DNA of 64,000 nucleotides from Thalia democratica (taxonomy: Eukaryota): NCBI GenBank assembly GCA_965202585.1, contig OZ241833.1:47616001-47680000 (forward strand). Reading direction: 5' to 3'. Position numbers and translations under genes: made by a program. Positions 12,401 to 23,471 of the stretch are shown here, in pieces. Each line of letters begins with the position of its first letter. Position 1 is the stretch's first letter. Under the pieces are notes generated by a model. It was not told where the DNA came from. It was given only the letters and a program-made list of their open reading frames with translations, and ran no database searches.

Positions 12401-15400
12401 ACTCTGTTTAAAAAACATGGTAATTTTATTTTGAGGACAAAATACAACGTTTAGTTTTATAAATATTTTGAAATTACTTATACGGAAAGAAGTGAATAAA
12501 ATAAAAAGCACATTGTTTAACGAAATTCTTCTAACAACTTTTATTTTAGTAAATTTATTTTTTAAATTATAAGCTCATTTGCTTAGCAACGCACCTGTTT
12601 GTCTCATATAAGATTAATGTTTAACAAATGTCATAAAAAGTTAATACAAATAAAACTTTATTATAGTGAAATACTTGTTCTATTCTCAATTCACGTACAA
12701 ATTTGTTTTATGTTTATCATATTCACTAACTCATGTAAATGTTTTTGTGCAGCTACGAACGAAATGAACTTAAGTCTTTTAACTTAAGTGTTTTTAAAAT
12801 ATTTATTAGTTTTTTTTCTCATCTAATTTTACTATTTTATACACTAACTCCAATAACGGATCCTTGCGCAACTTCGAGTTCAAACACGCAGTCCTTTCCT
12901 CCTTGTTGAAGATCTCCGAAATCCTCAGCGGTGATCGTGCCACTGTTGAACCCACTCCTCCTGAACCTGCACTCCTGAGAAGCTGTAGCTGTTAAAAATT
13001 ATTAAGTTATTTACTGTAAAACTTTGTTATAATATTAATATTTCAAACTTTTTAAATACAATAAAACTCGGGATTAATGATTCACAAGTGTCTGTAATCA
13101 CTAAGACGATTTCGTTTTAATTTACTACTAGTTGAACAAGTTCACTTTGTTTGAATATAACTGATTGACAATTATTTTGCTCTTACCTCTTTCTTAAAGA
13201 TCAATTGAACCTAAGTGTTGTTTGAGAACACTTTTTCAAAAAATTTTATAACTAAATTGTAAAAAATCCCCCTTCAAGTTTTTAAAAAAGTTAAGCAAAG
13301 TGCAACAAACAGAAAAGTGTGATAAGCACGTTATAAAAAAATTGTGTGTTTTAGTATAAATACCGCAAGGTGTTTAAATAAACAATTTCGTACTACTGTA
13401 GTATTGCAAGATTTTATTTTATTTATGTGGTAAAAGTTTTATAGATGCTCAAAAAAATTGAAGTTTGTTTTAACAACATTTAAAAAAAGATCCAAAATCT
13501 TAACTTTAGTTTATGTTTCATTTTTTTAAGTGAACAAGTTTACTTGTTTTCGTAAGGCTTGCTAAGAGATATACAAACACTGTTAAAGTTGCTGCAATTA
13601 AAAAATCTGTTTATTTAGTAAATAAATTAAATTTAATAACTCACTTTGTTCCACAGCAGTAGTCGGTTGAGGGGTGGTAGTTTGCACCAGTGTGGAGAAA
13701 ATTTTACCGTCGGAAGTTTTTTCACGACCGTCTTTTGTCGAAAACACCCGTACCATGTACTCAGTATCTGTTATATATTTCATTAAACAATGCTGCAAGT
13801 GTTAATACTTAATGTGATATAAGGCATCTGTGGTGTGCGACTCGATAACCGAAAGGTTTTTTTTGTGCACCAGGTTTTTTAGTGCAAAATATTTTGCGCG
13901 CTTTTTTATCGTTTAATAAGAAAAATATTTGATAGTTAGTGCTTGTTTTTTCTTACTGCTTTGTACTTGTAAACTTTGTTGCCCAGCATTCGTTGTGTAT
14001 TTGTTTTTTTCAGTGAAAACTTTTTTGTTGGGGTATTTGTTTTGTAGTTTTACCTTGTAATATTAAATTTGTTACTAAATGCTTATAAATCATAAATAGT
14101 CTGTGGATACAAAGCTTGATTTTTTACATTTACCACAATACTTAAAAGGCATTTGAAAATGTATATTAGGATGAACTAGAATAGTTTCAAAAAAAGTTTT
14201 AATCTTAGTCTTAGTAAATGCCTGAGCTCTTACATGATTACTTATGTTTCTAATTTTAAACGAAGTTTAGTATGTTTTGCTGATGTTTTTAACAAAACTT
14301 CATAAACATTTGTTGCTAAATTTTGTTAAATAAACTAAGATTCTTTATTTAAGAGAAGAATTTTCGAGTACTTAAACAAATGATTTAAACTCTAATAAAT
14401 TGAATCAAATTTCTGTTGAAATTAAATGAAGACAATAGTTATATGGTTTTTATAATTAAAACTCGTGCTGTTGTTTACAAAAAAGTATTTGTTTTGTCTT
14501 TTTTTGGTATTTGCTATCTTAGGTGTACTAAACAAAGAAAGAACAATGCCCATGCAATTTAATGATTGTTTTCAACTCAATTGACTTGTATTTAATGTTT
14601 ATAAACGCATGATATATAAATAACTTATTAATTATGATGTGACTAAAACCGCAACTATGCTTATTGTCGCCTGTAAAATCTTTTACGTTTTTGTAATTTG
14701 TCATAACAGATATATTTTCAAAAAGGTCATAGTAGTTTATTTAAAACTTATCGCAATCAATTACAGGTTTTAGTACATCAGAAAAAGTTTATCAAAGTTT
14801 TATATAAATATATCAACACAAAAAAATTTGCGCTACATAGTAAAACGTTATCTACAAAGTTAATCTAAAGTAGATAGCTAATCAACAAAAATATGTGACT
14901 TTAATTAAATCTACACTTCTACAAAAAAATCTATTGTACTTTTACTAACCAGAGTTAGATAGCAATTTTTTTTACTTGACTTTGTCAATTATTAAAGTTA
15001 ATAAACAACTTGCATCAAGTTAATGTTCGCAAAGGGAACATTTATTTGAATAAACAAAGCAAAATTACAAAATTATTTTATTAATATTTTACTTGAGTTA
15101 GTAGAAACATACAACAAATGATGAGAATAAATTAATTAAAAAGCACCTAAAGAGTTAAAATGAAGTCAAGTTTTAAAAGGATTAATTAAATATGTAACAT
15201 CTGTTTGCACAAGAAAATAAAGCTACGATTTGTTCTATATTGTCTTGGCTTCAGTAAAATCAATAAGCCTTTACTATAAATAATAAACATAAATAATAAA
15301 AATCAACCTGGTGTGAGGTTCTCAAAAGAAACTTGGTAAGTGACGTCGTTGAACCGGTTGTTAATGGCGGGCCTGACGACTTCGTATACTTGCGAACCGG

Positions 15401-18400
15401 GCGCGTACCTCTCAATTGTCACTCGGTAGCGCTGCACGCCCGTAACACCGATGAATTCGATGTCGGCACGGTCGTGGTAGGACTTGATGGTGAAGTCCTC
15501 GACTATCCTGAAGTCGGCGATTGTGGTTGATTCGACGGTTGTTGGGCAGTCGTAGTAGCTTATGCAGCTGTAAATTAAGTTGAAATGTAACTGATGTTTT
15601 TTTAACGAAGATTCCATTAAAATTGAGTCAACAAATTTTGAAGCACAACTTTATTAAATTCATTTATAAGTATTTGAACAGAGGTATTTGTTTTAAATTT
15701 TCTTTTATCAGTTTTAAGAAAGCTTACATTTACGCATACAGTAGAAAAATAACAGAATCATTTCAGGACATGTACATTTGGATTCACATGTCTTAATCAT
15801 AACTACTTCTACAAAAAACTCAAAACAATACTCAAAATCTCAACTAACGCTCCATTATAAAGCACAGGTAAATTCTCGGGGTAAGCAAACTAAAACTCGC
15901 ATACCTAATGTTACTATATATATAGTATAAAATATATTACATCAAAAATCTCAACTTACGTTCCCTTGTACAGCACAGGCAAGTTTTCAGGACAAGCACA
16001 CTTGGGCACGCAGGTCTGATCGTCGCACACAGGTCCGGTATCAGCATCATCGCACGTGAAATTGCACGGTGATGCGCAATTGTTGAACACCAGGTTGGAT
16101 GGACAAGATTGTGCTGTAATGTAGTAAAAGTAATGCTTTGAAACTTTTTGTGGATAATTTAAGTTATAGTATTAATTTGTGAAGTTTTTTCTAGGCAAAA
16201 AATAAAACTTTTGAAGTCGTCAACTTTTTGAATGTGTCTCTAAACTAATTGACACTTTGTGAAAAGTAAGTTACGATTAGCTTCAAAAAATAGTCTCTAA
16301 TCGTAACATGACAATTTTATACGAACTTGAGGTACAGTCATTTAGATTCTACATAATTTGAAAATTTTAATACAAACCTTTTTCACACTTAGCCTCATCG
16401 CTCCCATCGGAACAGTCTTTCACCTGATTGCAAACAAATGATTTCGGAAGACACAATCCATCGCACTCGTGTTCATCAGATGTACAGGCTGTATAATTGA
16501 TATAATAAAGTTTTAACGTATCACTAAACATTAATTAAAACAAATGATTCTGGTAAACACAATCCGTCACATTCGTGTTATTAAGTGGTAAGAGCTGTAA
16601 TTTAAAATAAGTAAAGGTACTGTCATACCAAATGCAAACTTCTTATTTACTTAAACGTGTTTGCACAAACCGTCATATTCATAATCTTCAGTGGTACTTA
16701 TTTATTTAAATTCTCTTTAGCTCTGCTTGCTACTACTTTATACTTGATTACAGTACGTAAGTCGAATAACAATAAAGCAAAAATTCCTAAATAAATTAGG
16801 GTAGGGTATTTAAAACCTACTTTTTATTAAAATTAAAAGTTAATATATTTTCACGCCAAATTTTTTATGAAAAACTGTCTAAGCTTCTACACGTAGAACA
16901 TTGTAAAGTTTCTATTTGTTTCGGTTAATACCTACCAATGGTATCCAGGTTGAAGTCGTAGTTGTCGTAACCGTAGTTACCGTAATCTCCCCCCTCCGTA
17001 TTTTCAGAGGAACTTTTGCACGCTCCATCACTCAGTTTGATGTCGTCGATTGCTAAATCTGATTTGTAACTCTTTCCGCGTTGACCGTCGAATCCGAACT
17101 GTTTGGAATTTTTTTTTAGTTTGATACATACTCTTATTTTAGGTTGTATAACTTTTTTTGTATTAAACTTAATTTGATCATGTTTTTATCTTAACTTTTT
17201 TAATCAAAATTTGGACATAAACAAATACACTAAAACAACAGCTGCTATGTCAGAATAAATAAAAAAAGAAACAGAAAAACAAACTATGTTCTACACTACA
17301 CATCCAAACTTATCTACGCCTAGGTTTAACTAAGTGTTAATTAAAGCACTTTAAGTTGTTTGATGAAAATAAGGTTTATGATACAGCTGCTTCCTAGTCT
17401 CTTTTAAATTGTAAATTTATCCTTATTTTAAACAAAATATTGAAAAATAAAAATAAGTAAAAACAATTTTTAACCTGCACTCTAACATTATTCTGCTCAG
17501 TAGTAACTTTAGCTTTTTTATAAACAAAACTACATTAGTATATAAACTAATTATTACCTGCACCCTAACACTACTCTGCTCTAATAATTTAAATCCTACC
17601 TGCACTCTTGTCATGCTCTGCTCTATAGTGACTTCCGTCTTCTTCCACTGTTCGCCCGTCACCTCGTCCGTGGAGTAGATGTCCCTGGTCTCGTTGTTTC
17701 CCTCCTTCCTCTCCATCACGAACAACCTTCCTCCCAGGTTTCCGCTGTCGTCGTTGTCGGCCCGGTTCAGAAACCAGAAGGACAAGCAGGACTCGCCTGT
17801 GGAAGAAGTTAAGAGTGAAACAGTTTTTTTAAGTTTGTTTTTTTTTTAATTTGGTCTCGCCATTGGAAGAAGGCGAAGTTATTAAAAAGAGGTTAGAAAG
17901 TTTTAGAATAAAAAATATTTTAGAATGTTTATTCTTATATTTTTAAAATTTGAGATGTTTTTAGATGTTTAATAACTTATTTATTGATACAATATGTTCA
18001 TGGACTATAAACTAAAACAGGCAGATTTTGAAAAAAAGGATTCGCCGTTAGAAAGTTTCTTAAGAGTGAAGTAGTTTTCTACGGTTTACATGTACGCTAA
18101 ATTTTGTTTTAACTTTGTATAAAGACTTTTTTTGAATTTTGCTTATGCGAGTTAATCTAGTATTAACTAGTTGACGTAAATTATACAACTAAAGATACTC
18201 AACAACTTTAAAGTTTAGTACAAGACAATTAACAGGTCTTAATGTAAGATTTAAAGTTTAAATAGTCTATGTTTTAGCATTATTATGTATAAGTTTAGAG
18301 ACTGATACATAAATAAATTTACCTTTCATCATAACAAGTGGAGAATACAGGATTGCATTATCCATTGGTTTTCTTTTTGAAGCCTCGATAAAAGCATATC

Positions 18401-21400
18401 GTCCCTCTGTGAAAAAATTTACAAATTACAAACTACTAGAAGTAATACAATATTTATTTACAGCACAATACACCGATGCTATCTTGTAATTGCCGACACT
18501 TGTAAACTTTACACATAAATACTGAAATTCAAAACAATAAACGCAACCGTTAACATCAAAATTGTTTTATGCATAGTTTCAAGTTTTACTAAAAAAAGCG
18601 ATAAGTCTTGTTTCATGCTTGGAAAAGTAGTCAAAATCGTTTAAAATAGTTTGATTTTTCTTTTAGTATTTTTGTGCAAAAGTAAAACGCTTGTTAAAGT
18701 AAGCTTTTCAATTTGGCTTTAACGCCGAATGTGTAATTTACTTTAAACCATAAAGTCCTTAAATTTTGTTTATCGTGTTTATTATTCTCTTAAAACTGAT
18801 TTTTGTACCGTACGTAACTTAGAACATTGTTTAATTTATACCTAACTGTGTTCGATTTTTTCTTTAAAGCTAACCTTTAGTGCCAAATGTGTGGTCAACT
18901 TCCGGTCCAGTGTATTTAGAAGGGGTCGGTCCTCTGTTGACTATCCAGTCCATTGAGTCCTGGGAACTTTGTGTGTATCCTAAATGAAAATTTTGTATAC
19001 AGAATGCATCATGTTGCAAGGTCAAACACTCATAAATTTGTGTTTAAAATAACGCAATATACCTAAACTAATAAAGTAGATATATTAAATAATCTAATAT
19101 TCATAACATCATTGCCAACATTTTACAGTTTTTCTGGTTTACTTAAATTTTGATTATTTAAATTTTATACTACTAAATTCTAACCTGGACACAGTTCCAA
19201 TGGACCATCAAAATCACAATCGACGGTTTTCGGCAGATCTTCAGGTCTGAAAGCTTTCCATTCGATCACGAATCCTGATGCAGTGACTGAATCGTCAGAA
19301 TTGAAAATAACTCTGAAGTAATAATAACAAAATTAATATGTTACAAACATTTTACTTTATTTCAATTGATAATAGCACGATTTTTATAACTAAAAACTCC
19401 AGTTAAAGTGATTTAAATGAATAGTGAGCACTTAAGATAGTTACGAAATACATCACCATAATTTAATGTTCACTAGTTTAAAAATTACAACACTGTAACT
19501 TTAAGTTTATAATTGTAACTGCAAAAAAGTTTGTTGATTTCGTCATAAACAAAACGTTGATATAATTATCATAAGAACAATCTAAATTTACTGTCTTTTT
19601 GTTTTCTACGTATGTGTTTTTATGGAACAATGCTTAATTTCTTATTACATTGTAGTTTTCAAAGAATTAATTTAATTATAGTTTTAGTTAGCTGTCTTAA
19701 AGTTTTGTTAAATTATCATTGAATGAAGATTAACTTATATGCTTTCAAACTCTTATGTAGTTCTAAAACATATTATTAAAAGACTAAAATTTGTGGGAAT
19801 ACTAGCAACAGACATTAAAAGATTTAAGCGAACCGCAAAACACATTCAAATAAATCATGTGGTTTTATAATCTGATGTTTATTAATAATTAAATTTTTAT
19901 AAAAGCAAACATTGAACTTGCGGTTGTAATTACTTCTTGCTATTCAAATGTACAAACTAGTAAAATTTTAATCCATGAAGCTAACTAATAATGCAATATT
20001 TCTGCTCTTTTTTTGTTCAGTAGTTAATAACACGAAAATATCATGCTATAAAGTGTTGACAGCTACAATAAATAACTTTAATAATGCTGATATATTTTTT
20101 GTTAAGTGCAAAATCAGCCACCAAACTAGCTTAATGATTGTTTAAGCTGGTTTACTACATAAAATCAGGGTTATAGTTCGTTTAAAAAACTAAATTTTAG
20201 TCACTTTTTATTGTGGATGCATCTAGTAAGTTAATAACTGTGTTACCTATTAAGTAAATCTTCGAACAATAAGTTGTTATTTAGAACTTTAATACATTTT
20301 TATTTGTTATAAAATACCTTATTAATCGTGTTTTATTAGTATAAACTCCACAAAATTTGATGAAAAACTAAAAATTGCTACAAACAAGTTTATCCAGTTT
20401 TTGTTTCATAGTTTAACAAAAACACATTTATCATTTAATAAGAAGTCTGAATACACCACACACACATTTTGAAAACGTTTTAAGTTTTTTTTTTCTGAAG
20501 AGGCCCAAGTGGTGTTATAAAAACACGTTAACCTAATCAGAAAACCACAATATATTCTAAATGTTTAATCTGCTTTTAAATAAGATTAAAGTGCGTTTAA
20601 AGGGTTATATAAATAACATGTGGTGGCATTTAATGTAGCCGTTTAATTCGTAAAACCATGTAACAAGCTTATTATATTTTCACATAATAAACACTTTACT
20701 ACTTCTGGTAAAGTATGATATCTTAGTTTCATACCACCATACTAGCTTATTAATAATTCAAGCTGGCTTACTACATCAAATCAGAGTAATGTTTCGTTTA
20801 CAAAACTACAAGTTGCAAAACTTAATAAAAGAGGTTATCTAAGGTTAGTAGTAATAATAAAACTAAAAACGCTTTTTTTAAAATATGTTAAATTATTTTA
20901 AGTAATGAAATAAACAAAAAGTTTTAAATGATTTGTATTTTGAATATTTAAGTTAATTGCATTTTTAAAAACATACAAAATCAACATAAGTATAATTATA
21001 CAAAGTTATTTAGAGCATAAAGTTAAACGAAATGTTTCTATTATTTTGCTGAAAACAAAAACTGGTTCAACTACAATTGTAAGAAAGTAAGAAATATCAT
21101 AAAACCATGCAACGCCCTTCTTATATGTCTTTTGATATCCGGTAACCTCAAAATGTATCTCTTTGTAGTAAAAAATCAATTTATTTCACTTGTAAGTTGC
21201 AAAACTGACCTTGTTTTGAAAAACTGAAGGATGTTAATGCTTGTGGTGTCAATATTAGTTTTTAATTGAACTAACTTCTGATAAAAAACTTACCTGAAGC
21301 GTAATTTTGTTACGTACTTGAAAGTTAGATAACTATTTTGGTAATTTAAAGTTTTGTTACTGTTAACATTTTTAGTTTTATCTATAAACTTCTTTTTTAA

Positions 21401-23471
21401 GTTTGTCATGCAAAAGTAGTTGATAACTATATCCAGTTTGTGGAAATTGCTTGAGTCAATGGACTTAAAGTAGGTCCTAAAAAGGTTATAAGTGGTATGC
21501 GAGTGTATGGTAGAATTGCCACAAAAAAAAAAAAAAATAATCACCATTAACTAAAAACATAACTACATCAAAGCATGTCTATCAGTTTTTTGTGAATATA
21601 TGATTGAATTATCGAACATAAAAGAATAAGGTAAAAAACTTGATGCGGTTATACCTGTAGTCTAGGAGTATATTGTACAGTAATCGAATAAATATAAACT
21701 TAAAAAATTAAATGAAGTAGTTACCTCAGAGCTGGTCTATCAGTTGTCTGTGAATATATGGTTGAATTATCGCACGCTCTGATGACTTCGTTAGCGTCGT
21801 TGGAGGGCGCAATCGCGATGAAATCCGTGCACCCTGATTGGTCCTCTGGCTCCATATCCATGTATATCGACTTGAACTGTAAATAAATTTTAGTATAAAT
21901 ATATTTAATCATGTATATTGGTTTGAACTATGGATAACAATAACAATACATCCATATAGATCGACTAGACTAGAACTGTGTTAATAAATATTATAGTTTT
22001 ATATTCAAGTATTGAATAGTCATTTAAAGTCAACAAAAAAACAAAACAACATCTATTTGGTTTAAAATGTAAATTAGATCAAAAATTTGGTTTAACTTAG
22101 TTCACTATGAAGCTAAAAAGTACTACTTCATACTATAAGATATTTGTGTTTGTAATTTTAAACTTAATACTTGAATGTATCTATTGAAATTAATAATTGT
22201 TACTAATAAAAACAAAAGTTTTATGAGAAAACTTTTTAATAGTAGTCAGTGTATAAATACATAAAGCATAAAAATTATATAGTCTGTGAACTTTATTTTT
22301 TCACCAAAATGTAGAATTTCACAATCTTTTGAATTCGTAAGAACACAAAGTGACAAAAGCAATATATGTTTAGTTAAAAACTGGTTTGAACTATAATTAA
22401 ACTTAACATAAACAGATGACTAAATTGTGGAATAAAACCTCATTAAAGGTTGTTTTACACGATAAAGTGTATTATCTAATAATTTAAAATAAGCGTGAAT
22501 TGACAGGGTTTTATGTTTACAATTAGTTTTATCTCTTATTCGGTAGTAATTTACTACAGTTTCTGAAAATCGAGTTTACCAATGTTTTTTGGAACTAAAA
22601 GAAAGCTATATAACATCTTTGCAATAAAGTTAACAAAATTCATGTGAAACTTAATTAAATAATGCATAAAACAAGTTATACTAAAATTTCAAGTTTTCAA
22701 GTAAAGTTTAATAACTTCGTGACTAATGTATAATGGCAAAACAAGTAAGTTTAGCATGTAGTTGTTTAAATCATAATAAACTTTACACTGATAAGAACAG
22801 TGAAAGCGTAGTTATAAAAATGTAAAAAAAGTGTTTTATGATAATGAAAGTGCTTAGTCTTAAAGAGATTTTAATAAAATATTCATAGTAAACTACTAAA
22901 AGTATCCAAAATCGTAGATATGCGATATCATACGAAGTTTATTAAAATTTTTAAATAATTAAAGCTACACAAAAACCTAAAACTAAATACATTTTCTAAT
23001 TTAAAACAAAAATACGCATCACTATCTAACTATATAAGTACTATACTTTAACACTATGCCTGCCTGCATAGATAAGACATCTAGCAATTTGACATTTTGA
23101 TGTAACCATTTGAAGTATTTTATTTTTAAATGTTTAAATTTTATTTCAAAGATTATAATAAGTATACGGTTAAAAATCGGTTACCTGGCATAATAAATAC
23201 TTAATATATATATTTTTTCAAAAACTCACAAAGGTAAATTACCCATAGAATTTATATTTTTGTTTATTCAAATAACCACATAAATGATTTCCGTATCTTT
23301 GATATTTGTTAATATTTCTACAACTCACAGAAATAAGGTATCCAGCTGGGGCGATAATCTCGTATCTGCACTGCTGGCCATTTTTGTAATTGTTTAAGGG
23401 AAATCCCGGACTTGCAATGCGGCCTTCTAATTGGTTCTCATAAATACCGCCGCATGTTCCCACTACGTCGG
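318..23471 (-). CDS. Multi-exon gene for a large mosaic extracellular protein: CUB-MAM-LDLa-TIL-FN3-CUB-MAM-(Tg1)x5+; C-terminus outside the window, N-terminus uncertain
   Basis: 27 GT-AG exons found by hand join with matching phases into one open frame (3,871 nt). Domain motifs are listed per exon below. Confidence 0.92.
743..816 (-). CDS. Exon: Tg1 repeat 4, end ([24 protein letters not shown])
   Basis: Completes CRCV; paralogous to the end of repeat 1 (TPEG…YDCE with the same gtttgc donor). Confidence 0.94.
1252..1411 (-). CDS. Exon: Tg1 repeat 4, first part ([12 protein letters not shown]…[20 protein letters not shown])
   Basis: Tg1 P.C...G.Y...QC motif; ends in phase 2. Confidence 0.94.
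1821..1940 (-). CDS. Exon: Thr/Glu/Pro-rich linker ([39 protein letters not shown])
   Basis: Phase 1-1, open frame, canonical splice sites. Confidence 0.88.
2292..2417 (-). CDS. Exon: Tg1 repeat 3, second half ([22 protein letters not shown]…FTCE)
   Basis: Canonical QC and CWCV motifs. Confidence 0.96.
2775..2885 (-). CDS. Exon: Tg1 repeat 3, first half (LTACQREY…[10 protein letters not shown])
   Basis: Paralogous to the repeat 2 start; phase 1-1. Confidence 0.93.
4319..4585 (-). CDS. Exon: Tg1 repeat 2 (LTECQRQY…[31 protein letters not shown]…QLDCS)
   Basis: Tg1 pattern; whole domain in one phase 1-1 exon. Confidence 0.95.
4853..5089 (-). CDS. Exon: thyroglobulin type-1 repeat 1 (GPCTL…[28 protein letters not shown]…YDCE)
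   Basis: Six-Cys Tg1 pattern P.C...G.F...QC...C.C....G...C. Confidence 0.95.
5395..5484 (-). CDS. Exon: Thr/Glu-rich linker ([29 protein letters not shown])
   Basis: Phase 1-1, GTAAGT donor, mucin-like composition. Confidence 0.88.
5708..5849 (-). CDS. Exon: MAM2 end and Asp/Tyr-rich linker ([47 protein letters not shown])
   Basis: AIDDIKLS..C, identical in motif to the MAM1 end. Confidence 0.95.
6042..6229 (-). CDS. Exon: MAM2 ([12 protein letters not shown]…[21 protein letters not shown])
   Basis: MAM CL.F and W....I motifs; phase 1 to 0. Confidence 0.92.
6523..6603 (-). CDS. Exon: MAM2 ([26 protein letters not shown])
   Basis: Paralogous to exon 18323-18406 (GRYA…SP). Confidence 0.9.
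7048..7149 (-). CDS. Exon: MAM2 ([33 protein letters not shown])
   Basis: MAM GW......DW....GP..D motif; phase 1-1. Confidence 0.9.
8510..8643 (-). CDS. Exon: CUB2 end and MAM2 start ([21 protein letters not shown]…[13 protein letters not shown])
   Basis: CUB I.F.S..F...Y motif followed by MAM C.FD...C. Confidence 0.93.
8818..8883. repeat. 33-bp tandem duplication, intronic
   Basis: aatctttaatataagataagaatctaatagtag / aatctttaagataagataagaatccaatagtac. Confidence 0.85.
8974..9128 (-). CDS. Exon: CUB2 middle ([24 protein letters not shown]…[19 protein letters not shown])
   Basis: CUB LE....C...YL and K.C motifs; phase 0 to 2. Confidence 0.9.
12849..12988 (-). CDS. Exon: divergent CUB2 N-terminal part ([42 protein letters not shown])
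   Basis: C...G.I....C.F.L.V..G..I pattern; same phase-0 intron position as CUB1. Confidence 0.85.
13645..13767 (-). CDS. Exon: FN3 end and Thr-rich linker ([40 protein letters not shown])
   Basis: FN3 TEY.V.V motif; phase 1-1. Confidence 0.9.
15308..15567 (-). CDS. Exon: TIL end (CISYYDCP) and fibronectin type III domain (…YRVTIER…[12 protein letters not shown])
   Basis: FN3 L.P.T.Y motif completed across the junction with 13767. Confidence 0.9.
15960..16113 (-). CDS. Exon: TIL (trypsin-inhibitor-like Cys-rich) domain ([48 protein letters not shown])
   Basis: TIL CP....F..C.S.C..TC......C...C...C.C pattern; the last two Cys lie in the next exon. Confidence 0.92.
16378..16488 (-). CDS. Exon: LDL-receptor class A module ([34 protein letters not shown])
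   Basis: Six Cys and DCSDGSDE calcium-cage motif; phase 1-1. Confidence 0.96.
16538..16599 (-). pseudogene. Dead partial copy of the LDLa exon (5' part plus acceptor); a weaker second copy lies at 16663-16696
   Basis: 47/62 ungapped identity to 16432-16493; reads [13 protein letters not shown] with two stop codons. Confidence 0.8.
16936..17098 (-). CDS. Exon: MAM1 end and Asp/Tyr-rich linker ([27 protein letters not shown]...[13 protein letters not shown])
   Basis: MAM C-terminal G......D.AIDDI.L..G.C motif. Confidence 0.95.
17600..17796 (-). CDS. Exon: MAM1 ([10 protein letters not shown]...GRLFV...[19 protein letters not shown])
   Basis: MAM CLSFW and G..W....V motifs; GC-rich; canonical splice sites. 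Confidence 0.95.
18323..18406 (-). CDS. Exon: MAM1 ([27 protein letters not shown])
   Basis: MAM G.Y..IEAS......A.L.SP motif; phase 1-1. Confidence 0.93.
18875..18979 (-). CDS. Exon: MAM1 ([34 protein letters not shown])
   Basis: Classic MAM DW..G.TPS..TGP..DHT.G motif. Confidence 0.95.
19185..19312 (-). CDS. Exon: CUB1 end and MAM1 start ([18 protein letters not shown]...[13 protein letters not shown])
   Basis: CUB F.SD.S....GF motif followed by MAM C.FD....C. Confidence 0.95.
21725..21876 (-). CDS. Exon: CUB1 middle ([22 protein letters not shown]...[20 protein letters not shown])
   Basis: Phase 0 to 2, CUB-like C.DF/C pattern, canonical splice sites. Confidence 0.92.
23329..23471 (-). 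CDS. Exon: CUB1 N-terminal part ([47 protein letters not shown])
   Basis: CUB signature CGG..G.I.SPGFP..Y..C.Y.I; tttttacag acceptor and GTGAGT donor. Confidence 0.95.

Noticed and set aside
10540-12511. Possible transposon remnant (shared ggttcatc…ttgggcggtaac at ~10543-10598 and ~11313-11342; ORFs 11556, 12182, 12229, 12248)
   Set aside because: The motifs are direct rather than inverted, and no transposase or RT motif is visible. It may be a decayed repeat but cannot be supported.
12843-12849. Alternative donor (GTATAA) adding VS to CUB2
   Set aside because: GTTAGT is a common donor in this gene and matches the CUB1 intron position; the alternative is not excluded but is less likely.
5649-15530. 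Plus-strand ORFs 5649-5903, 8171-8434 and 15333-15530
   Set aside because: They are either antisense to real exons or low-complexity F/L/K/I-rich frames expected in AT-rich introns.
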